NCBI GenBank assembly: GCA_963708295.1
Contig: CAVPSJ010000004.1
Coordinates: 256,001-320,000 of the forward strand
Length of the DNA stretch: 64,000 bases
Source of the DNA: an uncultured delta proteobacterium
GTDB taxonomy: Bacteria > Desulfobacterota > BSN033 > UBA1163
Reading direction: 5' to 3'
Both the position numbers and the translations under genes were made by a program. The notes beneath the pieces are model-generated. The model had not been told where the DNA came from. It ran no database searches and saw only the letters and a program-made list of their open reading frames with translations. Shown here in pieces: positions 9,987-21,056 of this stretch. How positions within the stretch are numbered: position 1 is the first letter of the stretch; each line of letters starts with the position of its first letter.

Positions 9987-10700
9987 CTACTCTTTAGGAT
10001 GCTTGGTTTCATAGATGCGTCGCTTGATCTGACCAATCTCCTTGGTGACAGGAATCTCTTTTGGACAGACCTCCGTACACTTCCACAGGGTTTGACACCC
10101 CCACGCCCCGTCCTTGTGATCTAAGTGAGCCATCCTGTCCTCCGAACCCTCATCCCTTGAATCGAAGAGGTACCGAAAAGATCGAACGAGAGCAGCAGGG
10201 CCCGCGTAGCTTGCAGTCTCCGGATTCTGATTGACAGGACAGGCTGCCGTACAGCAGGCGCAGAGAATGCAGCGGATGGCCTTCTCAAGAAGCTGTTGCT
10301 GTTCCGGTGACTGTCTTTTTTCCTGATCAGGAGGGGGTGTCTTTACGATCAGATAAGGCTTGATTGAATTGTACTTTTCAAAAAAAGGATCGAGGTCCAC
10401 AATCAAATCTTTGATCACCTTAAACACCGGAAGAGGCTCAATCAGAACTTCCTCCTTAAAGTCTCTGGCCAACTTTTGGCAGGGCAAGGAGCAGATGCCA
10501 TTGATCCTCATCCCATCTGATCCGCAGATGCCGTGACCACAGGACCATCGGTACGAGAGGGTTGGATCCTGTTCCCATCGGATCCGGTTGAGGCAATCGA
10601 GAAGCCGATCCATGGGATCCGCCTCAACTTCGTAGGTTCTATAGTAAGGCTTCTCATCCTTGCTCGGATCAAAACGGAATATTTTCAGTTTAACCAGCAC
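9987..10700 (-). CDS. sdhB: Succinate dehydrogenase / fumarate reductase iron-sulfur subunit
   Basis: SCGHGICGSDG, CILCACCTAACP, CQTLWKCTEVCP; likely GTG start at 10700. Confidence 0.93.
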   Translation of the reverse strand: MLVKLKIFRFDPSKDEKPYYRTYEVEADPMDRLLDCLNRIRWEQDPTLSYRWSCGHGICGSDGMRINGICSLPCQKLARDFKEEVLIEPLPVFKVIKDLIVDLDPFFEKYNSIKPYLIVKTPPPDQEKRQSPEQQQLLEKAIRCILCACCTAACPVNQNPETASYAGPAALVRSFRYLFDSRDEGSEDRMAHLDHKDGAWGCQTLWKCTEVCPKEIPVTKEIGQIKRRIYETKHPKE

Positions 10701-10788
10701 AATCAACCTTTCGTCCTGCCGTGCTGCGGTGCTGCAGTGAAACAATGACTTGCAGGAGCACGGCAACACTGCTCTAACGGCAGCACTC

Positions 10789-12515
10789 TCAATAAACCCT
10801 CGCTTCGGGTTGGAATCGGGTGATCTTCACGGGTTTATACCTCACTTCCGGCTCCTTCGGGGCCTGGAAGACAAGGGTGTGCTTTAAGAAATATCGATCC
10901 GCCCGCGAAGGAAAATCTTCCCGGTAATGAGCCCCCCGGCTCTCCCGACGATGGAGAGCGCTCATAAGAATCACCTCCGAGAGATCAAGCTGATGCCCGA
11001 GCTCGATCGCTTCCATCAGTTCATAATTGAAGGCCTTTCCTTTGTTCACGACCCCAATTTCTTTGTAGCGCTCTTTCAGGTTTCGAATCTCTTCAATCCC
11101 TTTGCCTAGACCCTCCTCATGACGAAAGACCGATCCATAATCCATCATCAATGACTGCATTTTCTTTCTGAGCGGGTCGACTTTCTCTCGCATCGGATGG
11201 GTTAACAATCGGGTGATCCTTTCTTCTGACAATCTCACGGCCTCCGCCGAGGCGGATGCATAGCCCGAGTCCCTTGATTTTCTCTTTCATGGTTAACCCG
11301 CTTCTCCGGCCGAAGACGAGTAGATCGAGGAGTGAATTGCAGCCGAGTCGGGTCGCTCCGTGGACCGATACGCATGCACATTCTCCTGCTGCGTATAATC
11401 CGGGCACTACGGAACCTTTCTCATTCGCCAGGACCCTTCCATCGACGTCCGTAGGAATGCCTCCCATCATATAATGACAGGTGGGTGCCACCGGAACGGG
11501 ATCGTAGACCGGATCGATTCCCGTGTAGATTCTGACAAACGAGGCAATCTCCCAGAGTTTCTCCTGGATCTTCTCCTCTCCCAGATGAGTGAGGTCGAGA
11601 TGGACATAATCTTTTCCGCCGATCCCTCTCCCGTCTCGAATCTCCGTGAGAATGGCTCTGGAGACGACATCTCTCGCCGCCAGGTCCTTTACGGTAGGGG
11701 CATATCGCTCCATGAAACGCTCGCCCAATCGGTTGCGCAAAACCCCGCCTTCGCCTCTGGCTGCTTCGCTCACCAAAATCCCCATCGGGTAAAGCCCTGT
11801 GGGATGGAACTGGACGAATTCCATGTCTTCGAGAGGAAGTCCCAGGTTGGTAGACTAGAGTGAAGGCCTCTCCGGTGGTCGCATTGCCGTTGGAGGTGGT
11901 CTTGTAGACTTTTCCGCAGCCCCCGGTGGCCAAAAGAACGGCTTTGGCCTGGAGAAGATGGAGTTCTCCCGTGGCAAGGTCATAGATCACAACACCGACA
12001 CATCTTTTTCGATCCATCACCAGCGAGAGGAGGTAGTGTTCAGAATAAAATCTTGTCTGGTGCCGAAGGCATTGGTCGAAGAGGGTATCGAGGACAACCC
12101 TTCCGGTATGGTCCGCAGCATAGCAGGCCCTCTTCACAGGCTTCTTTCCGTAATCCCGGGTATGGCCACCGAAGTTTCGCTGGGCGATCTTTCCCTCGGC
12201 TGTGCGACTGAAAGGAACTCCCATGTGCTCCAGCTCATAGATGACCCGCGGCGAATCCTTGACCAGGATCTCGACGGCATCCTGATCCCCCAAATAGTCG
12301 CCTCCTTTGATCGTATCGTAGAAATGCCATTCCCAATGATCCTCCTCCTCATTGCCCAGTGGAGCAGTAATTCCGCCCTGGGCTGCTCCGGAATGAGATC
12401 GCGTGGGGAAAACTTTGCTGACGATCGCCACATTGGCCTGGCCGACGCACTCGACCGCTGCCCGAAGTCCTGCCAAACCGGCTCCCACAATGACGATATC
12501 GTGTTGGAAGATCAT
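10789..12515 (-). CDS. sdhA: Succinate dehydrogenase / fumarate reductase flavoprotein subunit, split by two frameshifts (~11850 and ~11250)
   Basis: [16 protein letters not shown] (covalent-FAD His), QFHPTG, HYMMGG and RESRGAH motifs spread over three overlapping ORFs. Confidence 0.92.
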
Positions 12516-13696
12516 TTCGATCGCTCTTCAACGGGGATGTAGGGGCACGCCGCCGGACCGCAATAAGTCCCCACATAGTCTGCATCCGGCCGATAGAGTT
12601 CCGGTTTGGGTTGGGCCTCAGCAAACTTCTCTTCGATGACATGGGCTGCCCAGCCGGAGATCCGGGATACGGCAAAAACAGGAGTGAAGAGGTCCGTCGG
12701 AATCCCCATCAGATGATAGACCGAAGCGCTGTAGAAATCGACATTGGGATAAATCTCCTTCCCTTTTAACTTCCTGAACTCTTCCTGGGTGGATGTCTCA
12801 ATCGCCTTCGTCAACTCAAACCACTTCCGATCTCCCGTACGGTCCGCCAGCCTGCTGCAAATTCCCCTCAAAATCGAAGCCCTTGGGTCTTCGGTGTGGT
12901 AAACCGCATGCCCCATCCCCATGATCTTTCCTCCTTTTTGGAGCTTTTCAGAAACCCAGGACTTCACACGATTGACCTCTCCAATCTCCACGAGCATTCT
13001 CATCACCTCACTATTCGCTCCGCCATGAATTTCTCCGGAAAGGGCTCCGAGGGCGGCCACGATCGAAGCATACAGGTGGGCATGCGTCGAGGCTACCTCC
13101 CTCCCGGCGAACGTGGAGGCGTTGAAGGAATGTTCGGCGTGGAGGATCAAACAGATATCAAAATCCCGCGCCGTCTCTCGATCGGGAGGAGATCCAGATA
13201 GCATGTATAAGAAGCTCCCTGCATGGGTGAGTTCACGATGGGGGCGAACCGGTTCCTTCCCCTTTCGAATACGATCCCATGCGGCCACGATGTTAGGCAG
13301 TTTGGCAATGAGGCGCGTTGCCTTCTTTAAATTGGCTTTCCTCGATTCGTCATGCAATTCGGGGTCGTGAGCCGCCAGGATGGGAACAGAGGCTTCCAGG
13401 ATATCCATGGGATGCGCAGACTTTGGCATCATTTTCATAAACCCATAAACCGCATCGGGCACCCCTCTCTCTGAAATGAGCTCTGACTGAAAACTCTTCA
13501 ACTCCTCTGCTTTAGGCAGGGAGTCATACAGCAAGAGAAAAGAAACTTCTTCAAAGGTGGAATGGACGGCGAGGTCACAGATATTGAGACCCCGATAAAT
13601 CAGATTCCCTTTCTCCCCATCGACATCCGAGATCCGGGTATCTGCCACCTTCACTCCCCGAAGTCCGATATTTTTAGTTTCCACTGCCTCCTTCAT
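12512..13696 (-). CDS. gltA: Citrate synthase (or 2-methylcitrate synthase)
   Basis: [35 protein letters not shown]. Confidence 0.88.
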   Translation of the reverse strand: MKEAVETKNIGLRGVKVADTRISDVDGEKGNLIYRGLNICDLAVHSTFEEVSFLLLYDSLPKAEELKSFQSELISERGVPDAVYGFMKMMPKSAHPMDILEASVPILAAHDPELHDESRKANLKKATRLIAKLPNIVAAWDRIRKGKEPVRPHRELTHAGSFLYMLSGSPPDRETARDFDICLILHAEHSFNASTFAGREVASTHAHLYASIVAALGALSGEIHGGANSEVMRMLVEIGEVNRVKSWVSEKLQKGGKIMGMGHAVYHTEDPRASILRGICSRLADRTGDRKWFELTKAIETSTQEEFRKLKGKEIYPNVDFYSASVYHLMGIPTDLFTPVFAVSRISGWAAHVIEEKFAEAQPKPELYRPDADYVGTYCGPAACPYIPVEERSK

Positions 13697-13722
13697 CCTT
13701 TGATTCCTCCTTCATCACCCCT

Positions 13723-13907
13723 CTAACAGTTGTTGAAAAAGTGATTATTTCTCAGGCTGCTCAAAAATGCCCAAATGCAAGGCCCCCGAGATCCTGAGAG
13801 TGGCGTCGCGACGAATAAGGAGAGCGACTTATTGCCGGATAATTTCGCGAAGCGCGAGACAGATGCCTGCCTGCCGGTAGGCAGGGACATTTTTCAGGAG
13901 CCTGCTA
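13723..13907. mobile_element. MITE-like non-autonomous element with terminal inverted repeats and a nested palindrome
   Basis: CTAACAGTTGTTGAAAAA and CAGGCTGCTCAAAAATGCCC at the left pair with GGGACATTTTTCAGGAGCCTGCTA at the right; internal palindrome CCTGCCTGCCGGTAGGCAGG at 13866-13885. Confidence 0.65.
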
Positions 13908-14243
13908 ATGAATCTACACCTCCTGTATAAAAACATCAATGGTACAAATCTATTATAAAATGCCAGAGGAGGGAATGAGAAATGAATAAGGTTGATTCCT
14001 TATTTTCATATGAAAAAAACCGTATTTTGGATGAAATCGGGTAATTTTACCCAAGAACATTTCAAATTTCCTCCTTACGTTTCCTCCTTTCCCCTTGGAA
14101 AGCTCCTGAAGCTGGCTCGCGATTCTCTCCCCTACTGAGGAGTTTTCCCGGATAGGGCCACCGGCCCATTTTTCAACCACTGGATTTCTTGATAATTCAC
14201 CCTTTTTTCCATACAATGTTTTTAAGGAGAGGGAGGGGAAAAG

Positions 14244-15662
14244 ATGGCTGCTTCAAATACGAAGTACCGAATAGAAAAAGATTCGATGGGCCCGGTCAAT
14301 GTTCCCAAAGACGCCTATTATGGTGCGCAGACGCAGAGGGCGGTTGAAAATTTCGCCATCAGCGGTTGGCGGTTTCAGAGGGAAATGATCTATGCCCTAG
14401 GTCTTATCAAATACGGGGCGGCAAAGGTGAATTCGGAATTGGGCTTTTTAAAAGAACGGATGGCCAGGGCAATCCAGAAGGCGTCGGATGAGGTGATGGG
14501 AGGAAAATGGGATGCTGATTTTGTTGTGGATATTTTTCAGACCGGTTCCGGCACATCGACCAACATGAATGCCAATGAGTTGATCGCCAATCGAGCGAAT
14601 GAGATCCTGGGAGGCCGGAAAGGAATCTACCAACCGATTCATCCTAATGACCACGTCAATCTCGGGCAATCCAGTAACGACGTTTTTCCTTCCTCCATCC
14701 ATATTGCCGCGGTGATCCTCTTAAGGGAGAGACTACTGCCAGCCTTGGAAGGGCTTCGAAAGGCCCTTAAGAAAAAGGAAAAGCAGTTCTATCCTATCCT
14801 TAAGATTGGGAGAACCCATCTCCAAGATGCAACCCCCATCCGGCTGGGACAAGAATTTGGGGGATACGCGCAGCAGGTCGCATCGGGCGTCCGTCGAATT
14901 CGAAACACGTTTGAATCTCTTTCCCAACTTCCTCTCGGAGGGACGGCTGTAGGCACGGGAATAAACACCCACCCTCTTTTTGCCAAGAAGGTGATCTCCA
15001 TCATCAGAAGGAAGACGGGTCATCCCTTTCGGGAGGCGGTTGACCATTTTGAGGCTCAGAGTGCCAAAGACGCCTTGATCGAAATGGGGGGGGCGTTGAA
15101 AACCCTCTCTGTCTGTCTGACTAAAATCGCCAACGACATTCGATGGCTGGGCTCGGGTCCCCGTTGCGGAATTGGTGAAATTCATCTCCCCGACACTCAA
15201 CCCGGTTCATCGATCATGCCTGGAAAAGTCAACCCAGTGATTCCCGAATCCCTTATTCAGGTATGCGCTCAAGTGATTGGAAACGACGCAGCGATCACCA
15301 TAGGGGGGTTGAGCGGCAACTTTGAGCTCAATGTCATGATGCCTCTGATCGCCCACAATTCACTCCAGTCCATTCGCCTCCTCGCCAGTGCAATCGAGAA
15401 TTTCTCGAAACGATGCATCGGGGGGATCGAGGCTGACCGTGAACGGTGCGAAGAGATGATCGAAAGAAGCCTTTCCCTTGCCACCGCCCTCACACCGAAA
15501 ATCGGTTACGATGAAGCAGCCCGAATTGCCAAGAAGGCATATGCCCAGAGGAAGACGATCCGCCAGGTCGTTGAGGAGGAAGGAATCCTTTCAAAGGATG
15601 AATTGGACCGCTGGCTCGACCCTCGATCGATGATCGCCCCGGCGAGATTAAAGAGAAAATAG
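14244..15662 (+). CDS. fumC: Class II fumarate hydratase
   Basis: QTGSGTSTNMN, GQSSND, GRTHLQDA, GSSIMPGKVNP. Confidence 0.95.
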   Translation: MAASNTKYRIEKDSMGPVNVPKDAYYGAQTQRAVENFAISGWRFQREMIYALGLIKYGAAKVNSELGFLKERMARAIQKASDEVMGGKWDADFVVDIFQTGSGTSTNMNANELIANRANEILGGRKGIYQPIHPNDHVNLGQSSNDVFPSSIHIAAVILLRERLLPALEGLRKALKKKEKQFYPILKIGRTHLQDATPIRLGQEFGGYAQQVASGVRRIRNTFESLSQLPLGGTAVGTGINTHPLFAKKVISIIRRKTGHPFREAVDHFEAQSAKDALIEMGGALKTLSVCLTKIANDIRWLGSGPRCGIGEIHLPDTQPGSSIMPGKVNPVIPESLIQVCAQVIGNDAAITIGGLSGNFELNVMMPLIAHNSLQSIRLLASAIENFSKRCIGGIEADRERCEEMIERSLSLATALTPKIGYDEAARIAKKAYAQRKTIRQVVEEEGILSKDELDRWLDPRSMIAPARLKRK

Positions 15663-15752
15663 TCCTATCCCCTTTGTGGACACGACCTTGACACTCTTTG
15701 CCTCAGTGCTTATTTTTGCATAGGGGAAGCAAAAGAAAGGAGGGCGATATAG

Positions 15753-16574
15753 ATGTATTTCATTACAGTCTCCGAAATGCTCGGAACAAAAGGGGTTCAG
15801 GTTGCCCAAGGGGTGGCCAAGGGTTTAAATTATGCTTATTTCGGCGAAGCGGAGCTCCTCCATTTTGCGGAAGAGATGGGATTTCTAAAGGATGTCAGCA
15901 AATTAGACGAAAAGGGACCACCTCTTCTTGAAAAGTTCTTCAGCGAAAAACCAAAAATCTATCTCGACCGGCTGCAATCCGTTATCTTTGAAGTCGCAAA
16001 GAAAGGGAATGCACTTTTCTTCGGGAGGGGAAGTCAACTTCTTCTCAACTCCTTCGATTGTGCTTTTCATGTGCTGGTCACAGGATCTGTGGAAAAAAGA
16101 ATTCAACGAATCTTAGAAGAAAAGAAGGTGGACAGAGAAATCGCCGAAAAAATGATTCGTCGGTCAGACCAGGACAAGCGGGGGTTTCTTAGATTTGCAT
16201 TTGAAGAAGACTGGCTCAATCCCAATCTCTACGATCTGGTTCTGAATACGGATAAATTGACCATCGATTCGGCGGTCAAAATGGTCATAGACGCGGCTAA
16301 ATCAGATGCTATCAAAGCCTGTGGGATTGATTCGATGAAATTGCTTGAAAGACTTTCCCTTCAACGTAAAGTGGAAGCCACTGCACTCGAAGCAGGCATG
16401 GAGAGTCAACATACTTTCTATGAAGTAGAAGACGGTGAGACGGTGCGAATCTATGGGATTGTTTATTCCCTCCAGGAAAAAGAGGCTTTGGAGAAGATGA
16501 TGAAGGGAATAAAAGGGGTAAAGAAAGTGATCAATAATTTGACCCTTTTTTCGGGGGCGATGGGGGCGGCCTAG
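15753..16574 (+). CDS. Cytidylate kinase-like family protein with C-terminal BON domain
   Basis: N-terminal ITVSEMLGTKG; FFGRGSQ, YDLVLNT; C-terminal G.V.IYG...KGVKKVINNL. Confidence 0.75.
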   Translation: MYFITVSEMLGTKGVQVAQGVAKGLNYAYFGEAELLHFAEEMGFLKDVSKLDEKGPPLLEKFFSEKPKIYLDRLQSVIFEVAKKGNALFFGRGSQLLLNSFDCAFHVLVTGSVEKRIQRILEEKKVDREIAEKMIRRSDQDKRGFLRFAFEEDWLNPNLYDLVLNTDKLTIDSAVKMVIDAAKSDAIKACGIDSMKLLERLSLQRKVEATALEAGMESQHTFYEVEDGETVRIYGIVYSLQEKEALEKMMKGIKGVKKVINNLTLFSGAMGAA

Positions 16575-16590
16575 GTTGGGCCCTGATGCG

Positions 16591-17358
16591 TTATTTTCTT
16601 TTTAGATAAACCAAAAGAAGGATTCCTCCGATGATCATAAAGGCCGAGAGGGTTTGTCCCATGGTGAAGGGGCCGAGGATGAACCCGAGCTGAGGGTCCG
16701 GTTCCCTGAATAATTCTACGAAGAAACGGAAGAGACCATAAAGCGAAAGAAACAGCGCTAAGAGCCCGCCGTCGGGAAGTTTTTTGTCTTTGAGAAACCA
16801 GAGGATCAAAAAGAGAACTCCTCCTTCCAGACCACTTTCATAAAGCTGAGAGGGGTGCCGCGGAAGAGGGCCTCCCTTTGGGAAAACCATCCCCCAGGGA
16901 ATCTGGGTCACTCGGCCATAGAGCTCCCCATTGATGAAATTACCAATTCTCCCTAAACCCAGTCCGATAGGGGCAGTGACAATGAAGAGGTCGGCGATCT
17001 TCCAGAAAGACTTTCTGTTCCTCAAGGAAAAAAGAATCCCGACAATGAGGACGCCGATCAACCCGCCATGGAACGACATGCCGCCGTGCCAGATGGCAAA
17101 GATCTCAAGGGGATCCCTGAGATACATTTTAAGATCGTAGAAAAGGACATATCCCAAACGGGCCCCGATGATTAATCCGACAATGAGGTAGAAATAGAGG
17201 TTCTCGACGTCCAGCTTGGAGACGCCAAAATCTTTTCTCTTCATCTGATACCGGACGAGGAGATAGGAGGCAAAGAACCCAAAGACATACATCAGCCCGT
17301 ACCAGCTAACTCGAACGGGACCGAGTTCAACTAAGATCGGATCAATATTGACGGTCAT
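16591..17358 (-). CDS. lgt: Prolipoprotein diacylglyceryl transferase
   Basis: WYGLMY, GGMSFHGG, GRIGNFINGELYGR, RHPSQLYE. Confidence 0.96.
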   Translation of the reverse strand: MTVNIDPILVELGPVRVSWYGLMYVFGFFASYLLVRYQMKRKDFGVSKLDVENLYFYLIVGLIIGARLGYVLFYDLKMYLRDPLEIFAIWHGGMSFHGGLIGVLIVGILFSLRNRKSFWKIADLFIVTAPIGLGLGRIGNFINGELYGRVTQIPWGMVFPKGGPLPRHPSQLYESGLEGGVLFLILWFLKDKKLPDGGLLALFLSLYGLFRFFVELFREPDPQLGFILGPFTMGQTLSAFMIIGGILLLVYLKRK

Positions 17359-17489
17359 GTTTTTCTCCTGATATTTCAATTTTATTGGAGAACGGGCAAA
17401 TATTCAAGCACTTTCCGGGTCACTCATCATGTGACTTGACATAAGATTGGCGTTCAGTTATTAATTTTTGTAGAATTCAAGCAATTCTT

Positions 17490-18995
17490 ATGGAAGAACC
17501 CTCCAAAAAACAACAGATTCTGCTGGATCTGAAGAAATTCATTCTGGCGAAGACCTCCATCGTCTATATCCAATCCGACGAAGAAGACCGGGTAGAGGGC
17601 CTGCTCAAAGAGCTGAGCGCAACCTTTCAGCCTAAGCCCAAACTTTTCATCTGGAATCCTTTCCATGGACTGACCGGAGAGAACGAAAAGATCGAGAATT
17701 CAAAGAACGTTCTTGAGGCCTTGGATAAAGTGATCCAGAGTCCGGAGCAAGCGTTTTATCTTTTTGAGGGACTTCACCCCTTTTTAAATACAGACCTTTC
17801 CCTTCCGAGGAAGTTAAAAGATCTCCACCGCTCCCTCCGAAATCGATATACGACGCTTTTTATCCTGGCTCCTGTTCTGGTCGTCCCCGAAGAGCTTAAG
17901 CGAGACATGGTGGTCTATGAACTTCCAATGCCGGATGCCGTTGAGGTGGAACGAACCCTGATGGGCACCATCTCTGCGGGCCCCCAGGCTGCCAAGTTAA
18001 CGGAATCCCTGACCCCGGAGCTGAAGGATCGGATGGTGAAGGCCGCTCTCGGCCTTTCTCTCGACCAAGTGGCCCGGGCTTTTCGGAGCGCCCTGATTGG
18101 AAGGACGTCCGTTGATGCCTCTTTGATCGACGCAGTAATCGAAGAAAAAGCCCAGCTCATTAAGAAATCGGGGATTCTCAATCTCGTGACCCATCGGCCC
18201 GCTCTGGAGGACATTGGCGGGCTGGAGAACCTCAAGGATTGGCTGAAGAAAAGATCCAAAGTCTTGAGTAGTGACGGAAAGTCCTTCGGTCTCCAACTCC
18301 CCAAGGGGGTGCTGATCACGGGCCTTTCAGGATGCGGAAAAAGCCTTTGCGCCAAGGCATTCGCCTCTTTCTGGCAAGTGCCTCTGCTCCACCTGGACAT
18401 GGGCAGGCTCTATGACGGAACGATCGGAGTGCCGGAAAAGGCCCTGCAGGTTTCTCTTCAAACGGCGGAATCCGTAGCTCCCTGTGTTCTCTGGATCGAT
18501 GAGATCGAGGCAGGGATCAGCATCCAAAGTCAAAAAGCCGGAGGGGGATCTCAATCCCGGGTCTTCGCTTCGTTTCTCACCTGGATGCAGGAGAAGAGCG
18601 TTTTCGTCTTTATCGCTGCCACCGCCAATGTGATTGAGCTCCTTCCACCGGAGGTGTTGAGAAAAGGTCGTTTTGATCAAATCTTTTTCGTCACGCTGCC
18701 AAACGCTCAAGAAAGAAAATCCATACTGACCATCCATCTGAAAAAAAACAGCACAGATTCATCCCAAATCAATCTAGAGATGTTAGTCAAGGTGACCGAG
18801 GGGTTCAACGGTGCAGAGATTGAGCAGGCGGTCAACGGAGCGATGATCGAAGCCTTTAACTCAGGCCGATCCATGAATGAGCATGATCTGGTGATCTCGG
18901 CGGGAAATATCGTACCTCTGTCCACAACCATGAGGGAAGAGATGGGGCGAATGGAGCGTTGGGCCTATAATCGGGCTATTCCAGCCTCTAAATAG
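17490..18995 (+). CDS. AAA+ ATPase, Ycf46-like
   Basis: IGGLENLKDW, GLSGCGKS, PCVLWIDEIE, LPPEVLRKGRFD; N-terminal EEDRV degenerate AAA module. Confidence 0.85.
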   Translation: MEEPSKKQQILLDLKKFILAKTSIVYIQSDEEDRVEGLLKELSATFQPKPKLFIWNPFHGLTGENEKIENSKNVLEALDKVIQSPEQAFYLFEGLHPFLNTDLSLPRKLKDLHRSLRNRYTTLFILAPVLVVPEELKRDMVVYELPMPDAVEVERTLMGTISAGPQAAKLTESLTPELKDRMVKAALGLSLDQVARAFRSALIGRTSVDASLIDAVIEEKAQLIKKSGILNLVTHRPALEDIGGLENLKDWLKKRSKVLSSDGKSFGLQLPKGVLITGLSGCGKSLCAKAFASFWQVPLLHLDMGRLYDGTIGVPEKALQVSLQTAESVAPCVLWIDEIEAGISIQSQKAGGGSQSRVFASFLTWMQEKSVFVFIAATANVIELLPPEVLRKGRFDQIFFVTLPNAQERKSILTIHLKKNSTDSSQINLEMLVKVTEGFNGAEIEQAVNGAMIEAFNSGRSMNEHDLVISAGNIVPLSTTMREEMGRMERWAYNRAIPASK

Positions 18996-18996
18996 A

Positions 18997-19160
18997 AAAT
19001 TCCAAGTTCCAAGCACCAAAACTTAAATAATCATCAAATCCCAATGACCGAAATTCTAATCTTCCCGGCTTTAACCCCTTCCTTCTGATATCGCAACATG
19101 ACTGACCGAATAGGCACACACAATAGGTGGGTGGAGCTCAATTTGGAAATTGGGATTTGG
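18997..19160. repeat. Degenerate 7-mer arrays in inverted orientation between convergent genes
   Basis: aattcca agttcca agcacca ... aatccca atgaccg aaattct versus atttggaaattgggatttgg. Confidence 0.55.
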
Positions 19161-19170
19161 CCTCTTAACG

Positions 19171-19482
19171 TCAGTAATCCTCCTTATCCTCGTCGTCGTA
19201 ATCCTCTTCTTCAAAATCGTCTTCGTCCGAATCCTCTTCCTCCTCCCCTTCCTCTTCCTCTTTCTTCTTTCGCTTTATCTTGAAGCTGATCTTCTCTAAG
19301 CTCTCATCTCCGAGATCGTCGATCACTTCGTTAAAAAACATGGCCAAGGAAATGATATACTCCTCGGGTAAATCCCGGAACCATTCGATGACCCTCTCCG
19401 CTAATTCCATCTTCTCGCTACTCGGAGAATTCTCTATAAGATCGATCGCCTTTCGATAATGTTTATTGAACGCCTTGATCAT
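19171..19482 (-). CDS. Small hypothetical protein with a highly acidic C-terminal tail
   Basis: Helical N-terminus followed by a long E/D-rich tail; GAGG upstream. Confidence 0.7.
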   Translation of the reverse strand: MIKAFNKHYRKAIDLIENSPSSEKMELAERVIEWFRDLPEEYIISLAMFFNEVIDDLGDESLEKISFKIKRKKKEEEEGEEEEDSDEDDFEEEDYDDEDKEDY

Positions 19483-19619
19483 GGAACGATCCTCGCCTCC
19501 TGTTCAATTTTGGTCCTCTCTTCGGTATTCTACCTCATTATACTTTTCTTCCCTCTCGGGGACAATAAAAAAATTTGGGGGCGGATGATAGACGGTGACA
19601 AAAAGCTGGCGAGTATTTC

Positions 19620-19684
19620 ACCCCGTTAGAAATCATGCCCGATCAGTTTCGAATCTCAACGAAGACCGAAATTTCTAACGGGGT
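19620..19684. repeat. Short element with 14-bp terminal inverted repeats
   Basis: ACCCCGTTAGAAAT...ATTTCTAACGGGGT directly after the stop of the DUF1460-like gene. Confidence 0.75.
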
Positions 19685-20521
19685 TCACTGGAATCTTGTG
19701 ATCTTTACTCCGATGAAAGGCATTTTGGAAAGATATTCCCTTAGCCTCACTTTCTTCACCACTCCTCCTTTCCCCTTCGTACCGCTCGCATGAATGAGAA
19801 AGATATCGCGGTTCCTCTCATTTCTCCCGGCTTCTACGACCCTGACGATCCCTATATGCCCGATGATCTCACCCACTTCCCTCTTCCTGGGTTCTTTCGC
19901 AAAAAAAATGAGGTCTCCGCTTTCTAAGCCTCTCATCCCTTTCGTCAGTGCGTCCGCTGAGAGAACCTCCACGGACGCCTTCCCTCTGGCCCCCTCTATT
20001 TTCATCGTTTTCCCCACTTCAGAGGTTATTTCTCGACCCCACTTTCCGCTCTCGATCATGTCTTCCCCGTATTCAAAACGGTCATCATAGTTGATGACAC
20101 GACCCTCCTTAAGAATCCCTTTTGAATGGAAGCGTCTTTCCAGGGCGACTTGAATGGCCTCTTCAGGGGTGCCGCTCAGGGCAAGCTCCACGGCCCTGAA
20201 GGTCAAATACATGCAATCCACCCTCTCATCTGACACAATGGCCGCCCGGGAGACATATTCTCCCAGCGGGTCCCTATCATAAGGAACTCCTATGAATTGC
20301 TCCGCCCAGAAGGCAATTTTTTCGCCCATGGGTTTACCCCTTAAAAGATTCTGAAATTTTTGAATTTCCTCAGCAGTAAGGCCAAAACAAGGCTGAAGCG
20401 ACAGATGGAGTATCAACAGGACTAAGAAGGTGGTTTGCAGGATCACGTGCAGAGGATGAGGGCAAGGGTCCGGGTTCCCCCGGAATTCAATTGCGTTTCT
20501 TATGCGAAGCGAAGTCTTCAA
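19685..20521 (-). CDS. DUF1460 / NlpC-P60-like peptidoglycan amidase
   Basis: Signal-like segment; GVPY, VDCMY (catalytic Cys), GDLIFF, GHIGIV, IHAS; start uncertain. Confidence 0.75.
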   Translation of the reverse strand: MKTSLRIRNAIEFRGNPDPCPHPLHVILQTTFLVLLILHLSLQPCFGLTAEEIQKFQNLLRGKPMGEKIAFWAEQFIGVPYDRDPLGEYVSRAAIVSDERVDCMYLTFRAVELALSGTPEEAIQVALERRFHSKGILKEGRVINYDDRFEYGEDMIESGKWGREITSEVGKTMKIEGARGKASVEVLSADALTKGMRGLESGDLIFFAKEPRKREVGEIIGHIGIVRVVEAGRNERNRDIFLIHASGTKGKGGVVKKVRLREYLSKMPFIGVKITRFQ

Positions 20522-20611
20522 TGCCTTCTACAATAAGGAGCAGACCCGTCGTGGTTCCCTAAAGCATAGAACAAATTTATCAGACTTCTTTGGATTCTGC
20601 AATCATCCATC

Positions 20612-20782
20612 TCACTTTCTTCTTCTCTCTCTGCTCTCCCCACCCGACTCTGCATCCCGATTCTTCAGGATCACCTGATCGATAATCTCTCCGCAAATGA
20701 TACATCTCCAGCCCACAAAGTACTCATGAGGCCCGTAGAATCTCTCGCAGACCATCATACTCCCGCAGCGGTGACATTTCAT
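20612..20782 (-). CDS. 56-aa zinc-ribbon microprotein (absent from the ORF track)
   Basis: MKCHRCGSMMVCERFYGPHEYFVGWRCIICGEIIDQVILKNR...; two CxxC motifs; AGGAG RBS. Confidence 0.8.
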   Translation of the reverse strand: MKCHRCGSMMVCERFYGPHEYFVGWRCIICGEIIDQVILKNRDAESGGESRERRRK

Positions 20783-21056
20783 AAGAGACTCCTAGAAATT
20801 GATTTTCCCTCTTACCAAAATCTGCAATTTGTAATATCTCATGACCTTTTTGTCAACCCTTCAAAGGGATCAAATTTTTTTGAGCTTTTTTTCTTCGACG
20901 ATCTTTCCAACCCTCGCCGGCGGCCTTTCCGGGTAACAGGGAATGTTCGGCCGAATTCAAGCCTCGAAGGGAATACCGTGAAGCCAGACCTGAGCATTAG
21001 AATTTTTTAATCCAATTTTAATCCTTTTTTAATTTTTTTATCCTATACTGATTCTA

